Source: a virus. From it: 62,366 nt of DNA. Under the pieces are notes generated by a model, which saw only the letters and a program-made list of their open reading frames with translations, did no database searches and had not been told where the DNA came from. A program made the position numbers and the translations under genes. The DNA lies in the IMG/VR virus record IMGVR_UViG_3300045988_033415, positions 1 to 62,366 of that record; one strand, written 5' to 3'. Positions 9,038 to 18,884 of the stretch are shown here, piece by piece (the first letter of the stretch is position 1; every line of letters begins with the position of its first letter).

Positions 9038-9398
9038 ACTCATCTAACAGTTTCTTTGCTATTTCAGCAAGATTTTCCCAGTCTTTGACGGTTAGCCTTG
9101 TTAAGGCTGATACAAATTTTTTCTGGAAATTGTCATCTTTTAAAGCCATCGTCTCACTGACGAAAGCTCCGATTTCCTGCTCCTTGGTTCTTGATTTGAA
9201 CATTTCCCCGATGCCATTCCGAAGCCACTCTTCATTGACGTTAAATTCTTTACATATCAATGCTATAGCTGAATCACTAGGAATACTTCTACCCATTTCG
9301 TATGTTGCAACAGTGTTTCTTTTCACTTTTATTTTGTCAGCAAATTCTTGTTGCGTCAAATTCAGAGCATTTCTTATCTTCCTAATACGCTCATTCAT
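9036..9398 (-). CDS. CI-like repressor, XRE-family HTH
   Basis: IRKIRNALNLTQQEFADKIKVKRNTVATYEMGRSIPS HTH pattern; divergent from early operon. Confidence 0.85.
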   Translation of the reverse strand: MNERIRKIRNALNLTQQEFADKIKVKRNTVATYEMGRSIPSDSAIALICKEFNVNEEWLRNGIGEMFKSRTKEQEIGAFVSETMALKDDNFQKKFVSALTRLTVKDWENLAEIAKKLLDE

Positions 9399-9440
9399 TT
9401 ATTTTCACACCTCCTTCCTGCAAATTTATATTATCACGCC

Positions 9441-9495
9441 TTGTTGAAAAAATCAACAAAAATATGTTGACAAATGTTTTTTAATGACATATAAT
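9441..9495. promoter_or_regulatory. Genetic-switch region: palindrome TTGTTGA-aaaaa-TCAACAA (9441-9459) plus rightward consensus promoter TTGACA(9467-9472)-17-TATAAT(9490-9495)
   Basis: Read directly; a leftward TTGATT-17-TAATAT promoter overlaps the palindrome on the other strand. Confidence 0.7.
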
Positions 9496-9527
9496 TGTTT
9501 TACAATCAACAGGAAAGAGGTGAGAAC

Positions 9528-10202
9528 GTGAACGAACTTGTACATTTAGAGCATGATGAAGCTGTATGCAGCAGTTTGGAGGTTGCTGAAAAGTTTGGTA
9601 AAAGACATGACAAGCTGATTTCAGAAATAGAAAGAATGTACTCTGATTTAATTGGAAAAGGGTGTGTCCAAAATGGTGGAGACCCCCTATTTGTAAAAAG
9701 TAGTTACATTCATCCGCAAAATAAACAGGAATATCCAATGTACCTTATGAACCGAGACGGCTTTTCATTATTGGTAATGGGATTTACTGGAAAGAAAGCG
9801 TTAGATTGGAAACTTAAATACATAAACGCTTTTAATCAGATGGAGAATTACATCAGAGAGAAACAGTCGCAGTCTTGGATTGAAACAAGAGCAGTCGGTA
9901 AGCTGTCGAGAAAAGCTGAAACAGATGTATTGAAACAGTTAGTTGAATATGCCAAACAGCAGGGAAGCGAACACGCTGATATGCTGTATATGACATATTC
10001 AAAACTGGCAAATAAAACTGTCGGTGTGGCTGATAGAGATACCGCAACCGCTAAACAACTGATGAACTTATCCGTCACAGAAAATATCATATTGAAAGTA
10101 GTTGAAGAAGGTATCAACCAACAGCTCCATTATAAAGAGATTTACAAGAATTGTAAAGACCGATTGGCAATAGTCAATCAGTTAGCGTATTTGACAGTGT
10201 GA
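9528..10202 (+). CDS. Rha-family phage regulatory protein
   Basis: SSLEVAEKFGKRHDKLISEIE...PMYLMNRDGFSLLVMGFTGKKALDWKLKYINAFNQME; GTG 9528 after RBS AAGAGGTGA. Confidence 0.85.
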   Translation: MNELVHLEHDEAVCSSLEVAEKFGKRHDKLISEIERMYSDLIGKGCVQNGGDPLFVKSSYIHPQNKQEYPMYLMNRDGFSLLVMGFTGKKALDWKLKYINAFNQMENYIREKQSQSWIETRAVGKLSRKAETDVLKQLVEYAKQQGSEHADMLYMTYSKLANKTVGVADRDTATAKQLMNLSVTENIILKVVEEGINQQLHYKEIYKNCKDRLAIVNQLAYLTV

Positions 10203-10217
10203 AGGGAGGTGAATTAA

Positions 10218-10367
10218 ATGAGTGAGCAGGAAAAAGAGATTATTCGTAAGCTGTCCGACACAATCCCTAAGCTTGACGATAACAAGAAGAACTACATTCT
10301 TGGTGTAGCCGAGGGAATGGCAATAGCTAGAGAAGCAGAGAAAAGCGAAAACAGCAGAAAGGAGTAA
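10218..10367 (+). CDS. Small hypothetical protein, 49 aa
   Basis: Hand translation MSEQEKEIIRKLSDTIPKLDDNKKNYILGVAEGMAIAREAEKSENSRKE; RBS GGGAGGTGA. Confidence 0.6.
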   Translation: MSEQEKEIIRKLSDTIPKLDDNKKNYILGVAEGMAIAREAEKSENSRKE

Positions 10368-10370
10368 GAC

Positions 10371-11156
10371 TTGAACGAAGTTAAGACAGTAGAAACAAGA
10401 ACGCCGATTGAGATTGCCCTTGACATTGACAGCGAGGGCATGACAACGGCGAGAAAGCTTTATGAGTTTTTAGAGCTTGCGCCACAGCATTATGCAAGGT
10501 GGTGTAAGTCAAATATTACCGAGAACGAGTTTGCAGAGGAAAATGTTGATTATTGGGCATTCACCATTAATGGGGAATGGGGTGGACAGGCTACGACAGA
10601 TTACAAGCTCACAGCTCACTTCGCCAAGAAGTTATCCGTCAAGGGTAACGGCGAGAAAGCAGAACAGGCAAGGGAATATTTTACGGCGGTTGAGGAGAAA
10701 GTCAAGCAGACTGCTATTGACCGTTCACAGTTATCACCACAGCTACAGCTTATGAACATGCTTGTTGAGAGCATGAACAAGGCGGAGCTTGAACAGAAGC
10801 GACAGGCACAGCAGATTGAGCAGGTACAGACAACAGTTGACAACATGAAAGAAATCTTTACACAGCCGATTGGGGACTGGCGGAATGAAATCAATGCACG
10901 GATAAGGGAAATCTCAATCAAGAGCGGTATTGACTATCAGACACTTTACAACGAGCTTTACGGACGGCTTGAAACGATAGCTCATTGTAGCCTACAGCGG
11001 TTACAGGACAACAAGAGGTCACGCATGGAAAAGGCGGGCAACACCAAGACGGCGATAAGAGAGGCAACCACGAAGATTGCAATTATCTACGAGAAGCCAC
11101 AGCTTAAAGCGATATTTGAGGACGTTGTTAGACGGTATGCGATGGCTTATGCGTAA
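10371..11156 (+). CDS. AntA/AntB-type phage antirepressor
   Basis: ARKLYEFLELAPQHYARWCKSNI...DYKLTAHFAKKLSVKGNGEKAEQAREYF pattern; TTG start. Confidence 0.75.
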   Translation: MNEVKTVETRTPIEIALDIDSEGMTTARKLYEFLELAPQHYARWCKSNITENEFAEENVDYWAFTINGEWGGQATTDYKLTAHFAKKLSVKGNGEKAEQAREYFTAVEEKVKQTAIDRSQLSPQLQLMNMLVESMNKAELEQKRQAQQIEQVQTTVDNMKEIFTQPIGDWRNEINARIREISIKSGIDYQTLYNELYGRLETIAHCSLQRLQDNKRSRMEKAGNTKTAIREATTKIAIIYEKPQLKAIFEDVVRRYAMAYA

Positions 11157-11165
11157 GGAGGTACA

Positions 11166-11576
11166 ATGTCAATTCTATACTTATTGATGGTGCTGATACA
11201 GATAACAACAGCAGTACCGAACAGCATAGAGAAGTCCGTGGACTATACAAGTGCTATGTCGGGTCTGTCTAAGGGAATATCGGACGAATGGCAATCATTT
11301 ACCATAACCGCCTACTGTGGTTGTGAGAAATGCTGTGGTAAGACTGACAGGATAACAGTAACAGGTGCGCACGCTGTTGAGGGCGTTACCATAGCGGTTG
11401 ACCCTGCGGTTATTCCTTACGGCTCACTGGTTGACATTGAGGGTATCGGAACATTTGTTGCTGAGGACTGCGGCGGTGCCATCAAGGGTAACAAGATTGA
11501 TATTTACTTTGAGCGACATGAGGACGCTTTAAAATTCGGAGTTTGGGAAGATTGGAGAGTGAGGATAAGAGAGTGA
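11166..11576 (+). CDS. 3D-domain cell-wall-binding/lytic protein with N-terminal TM/signal segment
   Basis: AVDPAVIPYGSLVDIEGIGTFVAEDCGGAIKGNKIDIYF matches 3D-domain pattern. Confidence 0.8.
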   Translation: MSILYLLMVLIQITTAVPNSIEKSVDYTSAMSGLSKGISDEWQSFTITAYCGCEKCCGKTDRITVTGAHAVEGVTIAVDPAVIPYGSLVDIEGIGTFVAEDCGGAIKGNKIDIYFERHEDALKFGVWEDWRVRIRE

Positions 11577-11737
11577 AACAGCCAAAGAAATTGACACGCA
11601 AGCGGAAAGACATCGTATCGTCGTACAGGCTTAATGCAAATGACTGGATGCTGGAGAAAGAGACAGATTTTTACTTGTACCTTATGAGCAAGGACGGAAC
11701 CAAAAAGAAAATCATAGACAAATTTAAAAGGAGGTAA
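11573..11737 (+). CDS. DUF6906-like small basic protein
   Basis: VKQPKKLTRKRKDIVSSYRLNANDWMLEKE... resembles DUF6906 of Clostridia mobile elements (recollection); GTG start overlapping previous stop. Confidence 0.5.
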   Translation: MKQPKKLTRKRKDIVSSYRLNANDWMLEKETDFYLYLMSKDGTKKKIIDKFKRR

Positions 11738-11742
11738 GCACA

Positions 11743-11865
11743 TTGACTGAAATGAATGAATTACCAGTTGAATGGTTGATTTTTATATGCAAGGCTTCAA
11801 AAACGAGGCTTGTTATTGAGGATGGTAAGATTACAGGAACCGTTCAGAAGGAGGAAGAGGAATGA
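11743..11865 (+). CDS. Small hypothetical protein, 40 aa
   Basis: Hand translation; RBS AGGAGG 8 nt before TTG 11743 (ATG 11752 alternative); ATGA overlap with next gene. Confidence 0.45.
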   Translation: MTEMNELPVEWLIFICKASKTRLVIEDGKITGTVQKEEEE

Positions 11866-13790
11866 ATATTAAGCTTTTGAACATGAAGTTAGAGAACTTC
11901 ATGTGCTACGCAAGTAAGAATTTTGATTTTTACGCCATTACAAAGATTATGGCTAAGAACGGTGTCGGCAAGTCAACAATAGCCACAGCTTATTTGTGGT
12001 GCTTATTTAACTGCGATTATGAGTTAAAGGACAATCCGGTTGTCAGAAGAGAGGTTGACGGAGTATCAGTTGATGATATGGATGTATCTGTTGAGCTTGT
12101 ACTGGATGCAGATGGTAAGGAAATTACCATGAAGAAAGTGCAGAAGAGAACTTACAGCAAGGATGGAAACAGCTATAAGGATGACAATAAGTATTTTGTC
12201 AATGATGTGCCTAAGACATTAAAGGATTTCAACGCATACCTTGATGTTGATATGAATGTATTCAAGATGTGCAGCAATGTGAACGCTTTCCTTAATCAGA
12301 AGCCAGCTGAAATGAGAGAATACTTATTCGGTCTTGTAGGAGATGTTACAGACCTTGATATTGCTTCACAGAAAGCTGAATTAGCCGAGTTAGTTCCTTT
12401 ACTTAATAAGTATACAGTTGAAGAATTATCCGCTATGAATAAGGCTACCAAGACCAAAATTACAAAGGATTTGCCTATTCTTGACGGACAAATCAAGGAA
12501 AAAGAACGCGATATTCAGCTTAAACAGGGTATCGAAGTATCTGACCTTGAATTACAGAGGAACAGCCTTAAAGAACAGATTGCTGATTGCGTGGCAAAGC
12601 AGACCGACAATGACAAGCTGATGGCTGAATATGACAAGGCTAGTTCGGATATTCTAAACTTGAAGTTTGAGCTTAGTGATATGAGCCGCAAGGCTAACGA
12701 GGACAATATTAAGGCTAGGCGAGAGATTGAGGACAAGATTTCTGATAAGCAGTTCCTTGTTAGGCAGACAGAAAAGACTATCAGCGAGACAGAACACTGC
12801 ATTGAATTGTCGAAGCAGACTATTGAGAGTATAACCGGATATCTCAATGCGGAACGTAAGAAGTGGACGGAGGAGAATAACCGCCAGTTTGATGAGAACA
12901 GCCTTATCTGCCCTTACTGTGGCAATGAATATAGTGAGGATAAAAAAGAGCAGTTAAGAGCCGACTTCAAGAAACACAAGGCTGACACGCTAAAGGCTAT
13001 CACCGATAACGGAAACCTTTACGCAGACAGATTGAGCAAGGAGAAGAAAACACTTGCAGACCTCGAAGCAGAGTTACCGGAGCACAAGGAAAGCCTTGGG
13101 ATGCTGAATACGGCTATTGAAGTCCTTACAGAGCAGTTATTGGAGTTGCCACAGGAAATTGATGTAACAACCACAGAAGAATACAAAGCACTTGAACAGC
13201 AGATAGCAGAAAAAGAAGAAGCTATGCACAAAGCTAATGATATTTCAGCAGTTAAGGCAGAGTTAAAGGCACAGGAAACAGCTTTAAGGCAGCAGTTGTC
13301 TGATTGCGAAACCAAGATTGCAGCAAGCAATACCGCAATGGAGGAGGAACGCTTAGAGGAGCTGCGCAATCGGCAGAGGGATATGGGGCAGAGTAAGACT
13401 AACGCAGAGAAAATCCTTGATTTACTTGATGAACTGGATAAGGCAAAGAACGAAGCCCTGACAGAAGCAGTAAACAGCCATTTTGGTTTGGTTAAGTGGC
13501 AGTTGTTTGAATATGCCAAGAATGGCAATTACAAAAGCTGCTGTATACCTACTGTTGACGGAAAGTCAATTCTTACAACAATGAGTAACAAAGGGAACAG
13601 AATACTTGGTAGGGTTGACATTTGCAATTCTATCCAGAAGATTAGCGGCATTACTTGCCCAGTATGGCTTGATGACGCAGAGAGCCTTGACGAGAACAAT
13701 CAGAGCAAGGTTGCACAGATGGTTGGCGGACAGACAATTATGCTTATTGTGGACAGCAAATATAAGAATTTAGAGATTATGGAGGGATAG
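11862..13790 (+). CDS. SMC/Rad50/SbcC-like AAA ATPase with coiled coil and CxxC hook
   Basis: Walker A AKNGVGKST; long coiled coil; LICPYCGNEY mid-coil; C-terminal VWLDDAESLD Walker B. Confidence 0.75.
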   Translation: MNIKLLNMKLENFMCYASKNFDFYAITKIMAKNGVGKSTIATAYLWCLFNCDYELKDNPVVRREVDGVSVDDMDVSVELVLDADGKEITMKKVQKRTYSKDGNSYKDDNKYFVNDVPKTLKDFNAYLDVDMNVFKMCSNVNAFLNQKPAEMREYLFGLVGDVTDLDIASQKAELAELVPLLNKYTVEELSAMNKATKTKITKDLPILDGQIKEKERDIQLKQGIEVSDLELQRNSLKEQIADCVAKQTDNDKLMAEYDKASSDILNLKFELSDMSRKANEDNIKARREIEDKISDKQFLVRQTEKTISETEHCIELSKQTIESITGYLNAERKKWTEENNRQFDENSLICPYCGNEYSEDKKEQLRADFKKHKADTLKAITDNGNLYADRLSKEKKTLADLEAELPEHKESLGMLNTAIEVLTEQLLELPQEIDVTTTEEYKALEQQIAEKEEAMHKANDISAVKAELKAQETALRQQLSDCETKIAASNTAMEEERLEELRNRQRDMGQSKTNAEKILDLLDELDKAKNEALTEAVNSHFGLVKWQLFEYAKNGNYKSCCIPTVDGKSILTTMSNKGNRILGRVDICNSIQKISGITCPVWLDDAESLDENNQSKVAQMVGGQTIMLIVDSKYKNLEIMEG

Positions 13791-13795
13791 CAAGA

Positions 13796-14395
13796 ATGAG
13801 TAAGGCATTAGATATGGCAAGAGAGCTTGTCAAGCAGTTAGAAGAAGCTGAAAAAGCTAACAAGGTACAGTTATCAGAGCTTAAACCGGGTGAGGTATTC
13901 AAGATAGGAGAGCATGATTTTATTGTTCTTGAACAGAAGAATGGAGCTACAAAGGTAATATCTAAGAACTTCATGGCGGAGGATGCTGTTTTTGACGAAG
14001 ATACGAGAGATTACAACAAATCCAATCTTAAGAAAGTCATTGAGAACGAAATACAGCCTATTATTGAAGCTGAATTAGGAGCAGATAATCTTGTCGAGCA
14101 TATTGTTGATTTAACTTCGGTTGATATGCAGCATGAGTTTAAACTTTGTACTTGCAAGGTAAGACCTATCACGTTTGATGAAGCAAGGCAGTACAATGGT
14201 TTACTTGTTAATAAGGAATTAGGCGATGGGTGGTGGACTTGTACGCCTTGGTCTACGGCTGAAAGAGGTTGGACGTACGCAATAGCCGTTGTTTATCCAA
14301 CTGGCGATTTAAGCAACCACAGCTATGACGTCTTCAACGGTGTTCGCCCAGTTTGTATCTTAAAATCTAATATCTTTGTATCGAGAGGAGAATGA
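13796..14395 (+). CDS. DUF6273-like protein, paralog 1
   Basis: WWTCTPWST...NGVRPVCILKSNIF pattern shared with next gene. Confidence 0.55.
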   Translation: MSKALDMARELVKQLEEAEKANKVQLSELKPGEVFKIGEHDFIVLEQKNGATKVISKNFMAEDAVFDEDTRDYNKSNLKKVIENEIQPIIEAELGADNLVEHIVDLTSVDMQHEFKLCTCKVRPITFDEARQYNGLLVNKELGDGWWTCTPWSTAERGWTYAIAVVYPTGDLSNHSYDVFNGVRPVCILKSNIFVSRGE

Positions 14396-15018
14396 CAATT
14401 ATGGCTACATTAACAATGGAGATGTTGCAGGAGCAGATAACCGAATTAAGCAATAGGATAGCTGTGCTTGAAGGTAATGTTAAGGTTAAGGCAAGAAAGT
14501 GTTTTGCTGGGTTAAAGGTCGGAGATACGTTTGAGCTTGCAGGGCTTAACTGGAAGATACTTGATATTACAGCCGAGGGTTATATGTGCCTTGCGGACAA
14601 GCTTACAGATAAGATGATATTTGATGAGAACTCTAACGATTGGGTTCAGAGCCAGTTAAGAGAATATCTCAATACCGAATTTATTGAGAAGATTGCCGAT
14701 GAGATAGGCGAAGAAGATATAGTCTCATTTAAGCGAGATTTGTTTTCGCTTGACGGGCAGACTGAGTACGGCGAGTGCGAGGACAAGGTATCGCTTCTTA
14801 CGGTTGATGAATACCGCAAGTATAGAAAACTGATACATAACACAGATGATTATTGGTGGTGGCTGATTTCACCATGGAGCACAGCTTGTAATGATTGGAG
14901 TATGAGTGTAACCGTTGTTTCCTCGTCCGGCGGTGTCGGCAACTACTTCTGTGACAACGACCTCGGTGTTCGCCCGGTTTGTATTTTTTCCTCTTCAATC
15001 TTTAAATCAGAGGAATAA
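14392..15018 (+). CDS. DUF6273-like protein, paralog 2 (N-terminal coiled coil)
   Basis: YWWWLISPWST...LGVRPVCIFSSSIF; ATGA overlap with paralog 1. Confidence 0.55.
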   Translation: MTIMATLTMEMLQEQITELSNRIAVLEGNVKVKARKCFAGLKVGDTFELAGLNWKILDITAEGYMCLADKLTDKMIFDENSNDWVQSQLREYLNTEFIEKIADEIGEEDIVSFKRDLFSLDGQTEYGECEDKVSLLTVDEYRKYRKLIHNTDDYWWWLISPWSTACNDWSMSVTVVSSSGGVGNYFCDNDLGVRPVCIFSSSIFKSEE

Positions 15019-15060
15019 TAGAACATTTAAAATAAATCAATTAGAAAGGCAGGAACAATT

Positions 15061-16182
15061 ATGGCAGAGAATACAGCAGTTGCAGAGAAGAAAGCGTTTA
15101 CCACTTCGTTGAGTGAGTGGAGCAATGCAATTACAGGTCTTATCATTGATGATTACAAGGCTTGTGGAATGGATATGGACGATTACGCCAAGGAATGTGC
15201 CATGGAAGCTATGACAAGCATTTTCAGCCTTGTTAAAAACAACCCTAAGGTTAATATGGGCAGCCTTGACACAAGCAATTTGAGGGGCATTGTGAAGCGC
15301 TGTGCAAGCCTTAAACTTAACGCAAGCGCATACCCGAGAGAATGTTACTTCCAGTTGCGGAATGTGAACATCGGGAAAGATGCCGACGGAAAAGAAATTT
15401 GGCAGCAGCAGGTTGAAATGGGAATTGAAGGCAGTGGTTATGATTCCCTACTTGCTAACTACGGAAAAGATGTTAAGCAGGTTTATCCATATTGGGTAAT
15501 TAAAGAGGGTGACAAGTACATACCACCTAAGCATAAAGGACTTACAGTTACAGAGCCAGAGTGGGAAGAGAATGGATTATCTGATAAGGCAGTAAGAGTT
15601 GTATATCCTGTTAAGCTGTTAGATGGAACAGTAACATATCTTTCTGCTAATAGAGATAGCGTTAAGGTTAATCTTTTGGCGCACGTAAAACAGAATATGA
15701 TGAACGAAACATTTGGGGTAATTACCGGAACTAAAAAGCAGTATAACAAGGAAGTTGCAAGAACACGTTACGATGCTACACCGGAAGAAAAAGCGAAAAT
15801 AAAGGAAAAGAAAGAGGAAGTCCTCAATGCTTTAAGAAGCTGTAAAACAGTGGATGAAATGCTTGAGTGTGAGCTTGCAAGACCATTTATTAGTGGTGCG
15901 TGGCTTGATACCCCAGAGAGCATGATACAGAGAAAAATGTGCAACAATGCCACAAGGAAATATCCTAAGAATTATGACCCAATGGCAAGACAGGCACAGG
16001 TTGAGATGGACGAAGTATATCAGGTCACACAGGCTGAAATTGCCGAAAATGCTAATTCTGTCGAGTTCATAGAGGATAAGGCAGATGTCGTCGACACCGC
16101 GGCAACAGAAGCAACCGAAGAACAGGCAGATAGCACGTTACTTACCGCCATTCATGCAGGCAGAATAGGAGATTGGATATGA
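15061..16182 (+). CDS. Putative single-strand annealing protein (RecT-like)
   Basis: ASLKLNASAYPRECYFQLRN...VEMGIEGSGYDSLLANYG resembles RecT core; sits between ATPase and MBL nuclease. Confidence 0.45.
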   Translation: MAENTAVAEKKAFTTSLSEWSNAITGLIIDDYKACGMDMDDYAKECAMEAMTSIFSLVKNNPKVNMGSLDTSNLRGIVKRCASLKLNASAYPRECYFQLRNVNIGKDADGKEIWQQQVEMGIEGSGYDSLLANYGKDVKQVYPYWVIKEGDKYIPPKHKGLTVTEPEWEENGLSDKAVRVVYPVKLLDGTVTYLSANRDSVKVNLLAHVKQNMMNETFGVITGTKKQYNKEVARTRYDATPEEKAKIKEKKEEVLNALRSCKTVDEMLECELARPFISGAWLDTPESMIQRKMCNNATRKYPKNYDPMARQAQVEMDEVYQVTQAEIAENANSVEFIEDKADVVDTAATEATEEQADSTLLTAIHAGRIGDWI

Positions 16183-16433
16183 CAGTATACGAGTTAATAC
16201 AGGAATTAAGTAGCTATAATGCAGATACAGAAGTCAGATTTAATTTCAAAGGAAAATTTGAAACTGATGTAAAGGCAACATTTGATAGAGATAGCGAAGA
16301 TGATGAACAGGAAGTGACCGCAGAAGTTGAGTTTGATGATTACTTAGATTATGAAAATATCAGTGATTACGAACCAATGCGTTCAAGAACTTGGCAGAAA
16401 GAACCATACATTGTTGTTAATTTATCTTATTAA
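16173..16433 (+). CDS. Hypothetical acidic protein
   Basis: ORF track; overlaps previous stop. Confidence 0.65.
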   Translation: MDMTVYELIQELSSYNADTEVRFNFKGKFETDVKATFDRDSEDDEQEVTAEVEFDDYLDYENISDYEPMRSRTWQKEPYIVVNLSY

Positions 16434-16444
16434 GGAGAACTGAT

Positions 16445-16783
16445 ATGAGAGTAATTTCACAGGACGGAACAGTAGATGTTCCATATGATAATTCTTCATT
16501 GACTATGCCTAGTGGGAAATATAAAGATGTAGAAGTGGCATATATCTATTGCTACAATTTATCATCACTGAATGGTACGAAATTAGCTGAATACTCAACT
16601 AAAGCAAAAGCAATTAAGGCTATGGAAATGTTGAGAAAAGCATATGAAAATAATGAGTTTTATCATCATACGTCTCCCACAGATGTCTTTAAAGACGTTG
16701 CAAGTCTTTTGAGTAATGAAGAATTCAACAAGTTAACGAGCGAGTATTTCCAGTTTCCACAGGATGATGAAATCGAGGTGTGA
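16445..16783 (+). CDS. Hypothetical protein
   Basis: ORF track; RBS AAGGAGAA. Confidence 0.65.
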   Translation: MRVISQDGTVDVPYDNSSLTMPSGKYKDVEVAYIYCYNLSSLNGTKLAEYSTKAKAIKAMEMLRKAYENNEFYHHTSPTDVFKDVASLLSNEEFNKLTSEYFQFPQDDEIEV

Positions 16784-17433
16784 GTATGCCTGCAAAAAGC
16801 CACGGAGAATCAAAAGCAAGACTTTATTGTGCTTGGCAAAATATGAAAGCTAGGTGCTACAGGAAGTCAACTAGAGAATACAACAATTATGGCGGCAGAG
16901 GAATAACAGTATGTGATGAATGGATTCATAGCTACGAAAATTTCAAAGGCTGGTCTATTCAAAATGGATATTCAGACAAGCTAACATTGGACAGAATTGA
17001 TGTAAATAAAGGGTATTCGCCAGATAATTGCAGATGGATAACAAATAAAGAACAGCAGAACAACAAGAGGGATAATGTTATTTACACATTTAACGGAGAA
17101 ACGCTTACGCTTGCACAATGGTCGGAAAAACTTGGAATTTGTTATAAAACTTTACAAAAAAGAATAAGGAAATGGGGCGTAGAAAAGGCTTTGGCTACGC
17201 CACTGAGAACAAGCCAAGTGATTGATTTAACAGGTCAAAAGTTTGGAAGATTAACAGTTGTTTCGCTAGTTTCAACGAAAGGCGGAGCTAGATTTCAATG
17301 CATATGTGATTGCGGGAACATAACAATTCAAAGAGGCGATTCTTTGAGAAGTGGAAAGGTTGTTAGTTGTGGCTGCTATAACAGGGAACAATTAAAAAAA
17401 TATTGGGAAAGGAAAAGATGTAAATGCACTTAA
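16780..17433 (+). CDS. Phage DNA-binding/homing-endonuclease-like protein with YNNYGGRGI...CDEW...DRID...NCRW motif; paralog of 32762..33496
   Basis: Motif block shared by both copies; function assignment from recollection only. Confidence 0.4.
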   Translation: MSMPAKSHGESKARLYCAWQNMKARCYRKSTREYNNYGGRGITVCDEWIHSYENFKGWSIQNGYSDKLTLDRIDVNKGYSPDNCRWITNKEQQNNKRDNVIYTFNGETLTLAQWSEKLGICYKTLQKRIRKWGVEKALATPLRTSQVIDLTGQKFGRLTVVSLVSTKGGARFQCICDCGNITIQRGDSLRSGKVVSCGCYNREQLKKYWERKRCKCT

Positions 17434-18146
17434 AATGTTTAGGCTCATCATCAGCCGGAAATTGCTATCTGCTGACTTCCAACAGCGGAGAAACGCTCAT
17501 CCTTGATTGCGGAATACCGATTAAGGAAATCAAGAAAGGCTTAGATTGGAACATTAAAGATGTTGTGGGTGTGTTATGCACCCATAAACACCTTGACCAC
17601 AGCAAGTCACTAGAAAATTTTAAAAAAATGTCAATACCGGTATTTGCACCCTACCAGAGAAACTATAACAAGAAGAATTATGGCGGATTCACAATTTATC
17701 CGTTTCCATTACAGACATTGGATGGAAATTGGACACACACCAATGCAAATGGCGAGCCTTGCCCGATATACGGCTTTCTGATAACTCACAAGGAAATGGG
17801 GAGAATGCTTTACATAACGGATTGTGAGGTTGTCAAATGGAGATTTAAAGACATAAACCACATTCTCTTAGGCGTGAATTATGACAAGGATTTAATCGAC
17901 AGAGACACAGGTAAAGCTAATCACGTTTTCAGAGGTCACTTAAGTATTGATACAGCTTGCGATTTTGTTAAAGCAAATTATTCAGATAGCTTGCAGAATG
18001 CCATAATGTGCCACTTATCAAGTGAAAACGCTGATAGTGATAGTTTTATCGAGAAAATGAAAAAAGTTGCTTATGGGGCGAACGTAGATGTTGCGGAGCC
18101 GGGCAAGGAATGGGTTTTAAGGAAAGGAGATGAATGTCCGTTTTGA
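17424..18146 (+). CDS. Metallo-beta-lactamase-fold hydrolase (putative recombination exonuclease)
   Basis: THKHLDH (HxHxDH) motif; ILDCG. Confidence 0.8.
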   Translation: MHLKCLGSSSAGNCYLLTSNSGETLILDCGIPIKEIKKGLDWNIKDVVGVLCTHKHLDHSKSLENFKKMSIPVFAPYQRNYNKKNYGGFTIYPFPLQTLDGNWTHTNANGEPCPIYGFLITHKEMGRMLYITDCEVVKWRFKDINHILLGVNYDKDLIDRDTGKANHVFRGHLSIDTACDFVKANYSDSLQNAIMCHLSSENADSDSFIEKMKKVAYGANVDVAEPGKEWVLRKGDECPF

Positions 18147-18847
18147 TTAGAGAAAACAGAGATAACTACTGGATGTTAAATTGGCTCGATAAATTTATGG
18201 AAGGGCATAAAGGATTTATATGTGGCGGTTGCTTCAAGAATATTTTTAATCAAGAGAAAGTGAAAGACCTTGATATATTCTTTCAAAATGAGGGCGATAG
18301 AGAGGAAGCAGTTGATTACTTTGATAGTATGACAGCCGGATATACTGATGGAACAATGGAAGATGCTGTTTCGGAAGATGAAGCTAAATACAAGTTCTTG
18401 TATGAAAATGATAATGTAAAGGCTTATGTTCACAAAGAAACAGGAATAAGGCTCGAGTTAATCAGTAAAATCTATGGAACAGCAGAGCAGATTATAAGCC
18501 AATTTGATTTTTCTATCACTAAATTTGCCTACTACAAAGCAGAGATTGAAGATGAAACAGGGGCAGAAGTGGAAGAAATACCTTTTGATAATGGCGATAA
18601 AACGGAAACTCATATTGAATACAGGGTTATATATGATGATAAGTTTTTTGAACACTTACATCTCAAAAGGCTTGTCATTGATGATAAAATTCCATTCCCA
18701 ATGAGTACATTTGAAAGAATGTTGAGATATGCAAAGTACGGATATTTCCCTTGCAGAGAAACAAAGTTAAAGCTGATTAAGGTTTTAAATGAGTTAAATA
18801 GCAGAGAGATTGAAGTATCTGAAAGTCTTTATAAGGGCTGGGATTAA
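18134..18847 (+). CDS. Putative Pol-beta-superfamily nucleotidyltransferase (CCA-adding-enzyme-like head)
   Basis: ICGGCFKNIFNQEKVKDLDIFF = GG-x12-DxD spacing as in CCA/polyA NTases; later QFDFSITKFAY resembles the DFTINA block. Confidence 0.4.
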   Translation: MSVLIRENRDNYWMLNWLDKFMEGHKGFICGGCFKNIFNQEKVKDLDIFFQNEGDREEAVDYFDSMTAGYTDGTMEDAVSEDEAKYKFLYENDNVKAYVHKETGIRLELISKIYGTAEQIISQFDFSITKFAYYKAEIEDETGAEVEEIPFDNGDKTETHIEYRVIYDDKFFEHLHLKRLVIDDKIPFPMSTFERMLRYAKYGYFPCRETKLKLIKVLNELNSREIEVSESLYKGWD

Positions 18848-18884
18848 ATCCTAATGAGTGCCCTTTTTAGAAAGGAAAATTGAT

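Noticed and set aside
13019-13528. 169-aa minus-strand ORF inside the SMC-like ATPase gene. Similar long antisense ORFs occur at 27763..28302, 30410..30820, 31965..32363, 56551..57012, 3904..4311 and 12515..12847.
   Set aside because: These are Ser/Leu/Cys-rich shadow frames of well-supported plus-strand genes. They have no RBS and fully overlap better-supported CDSs.
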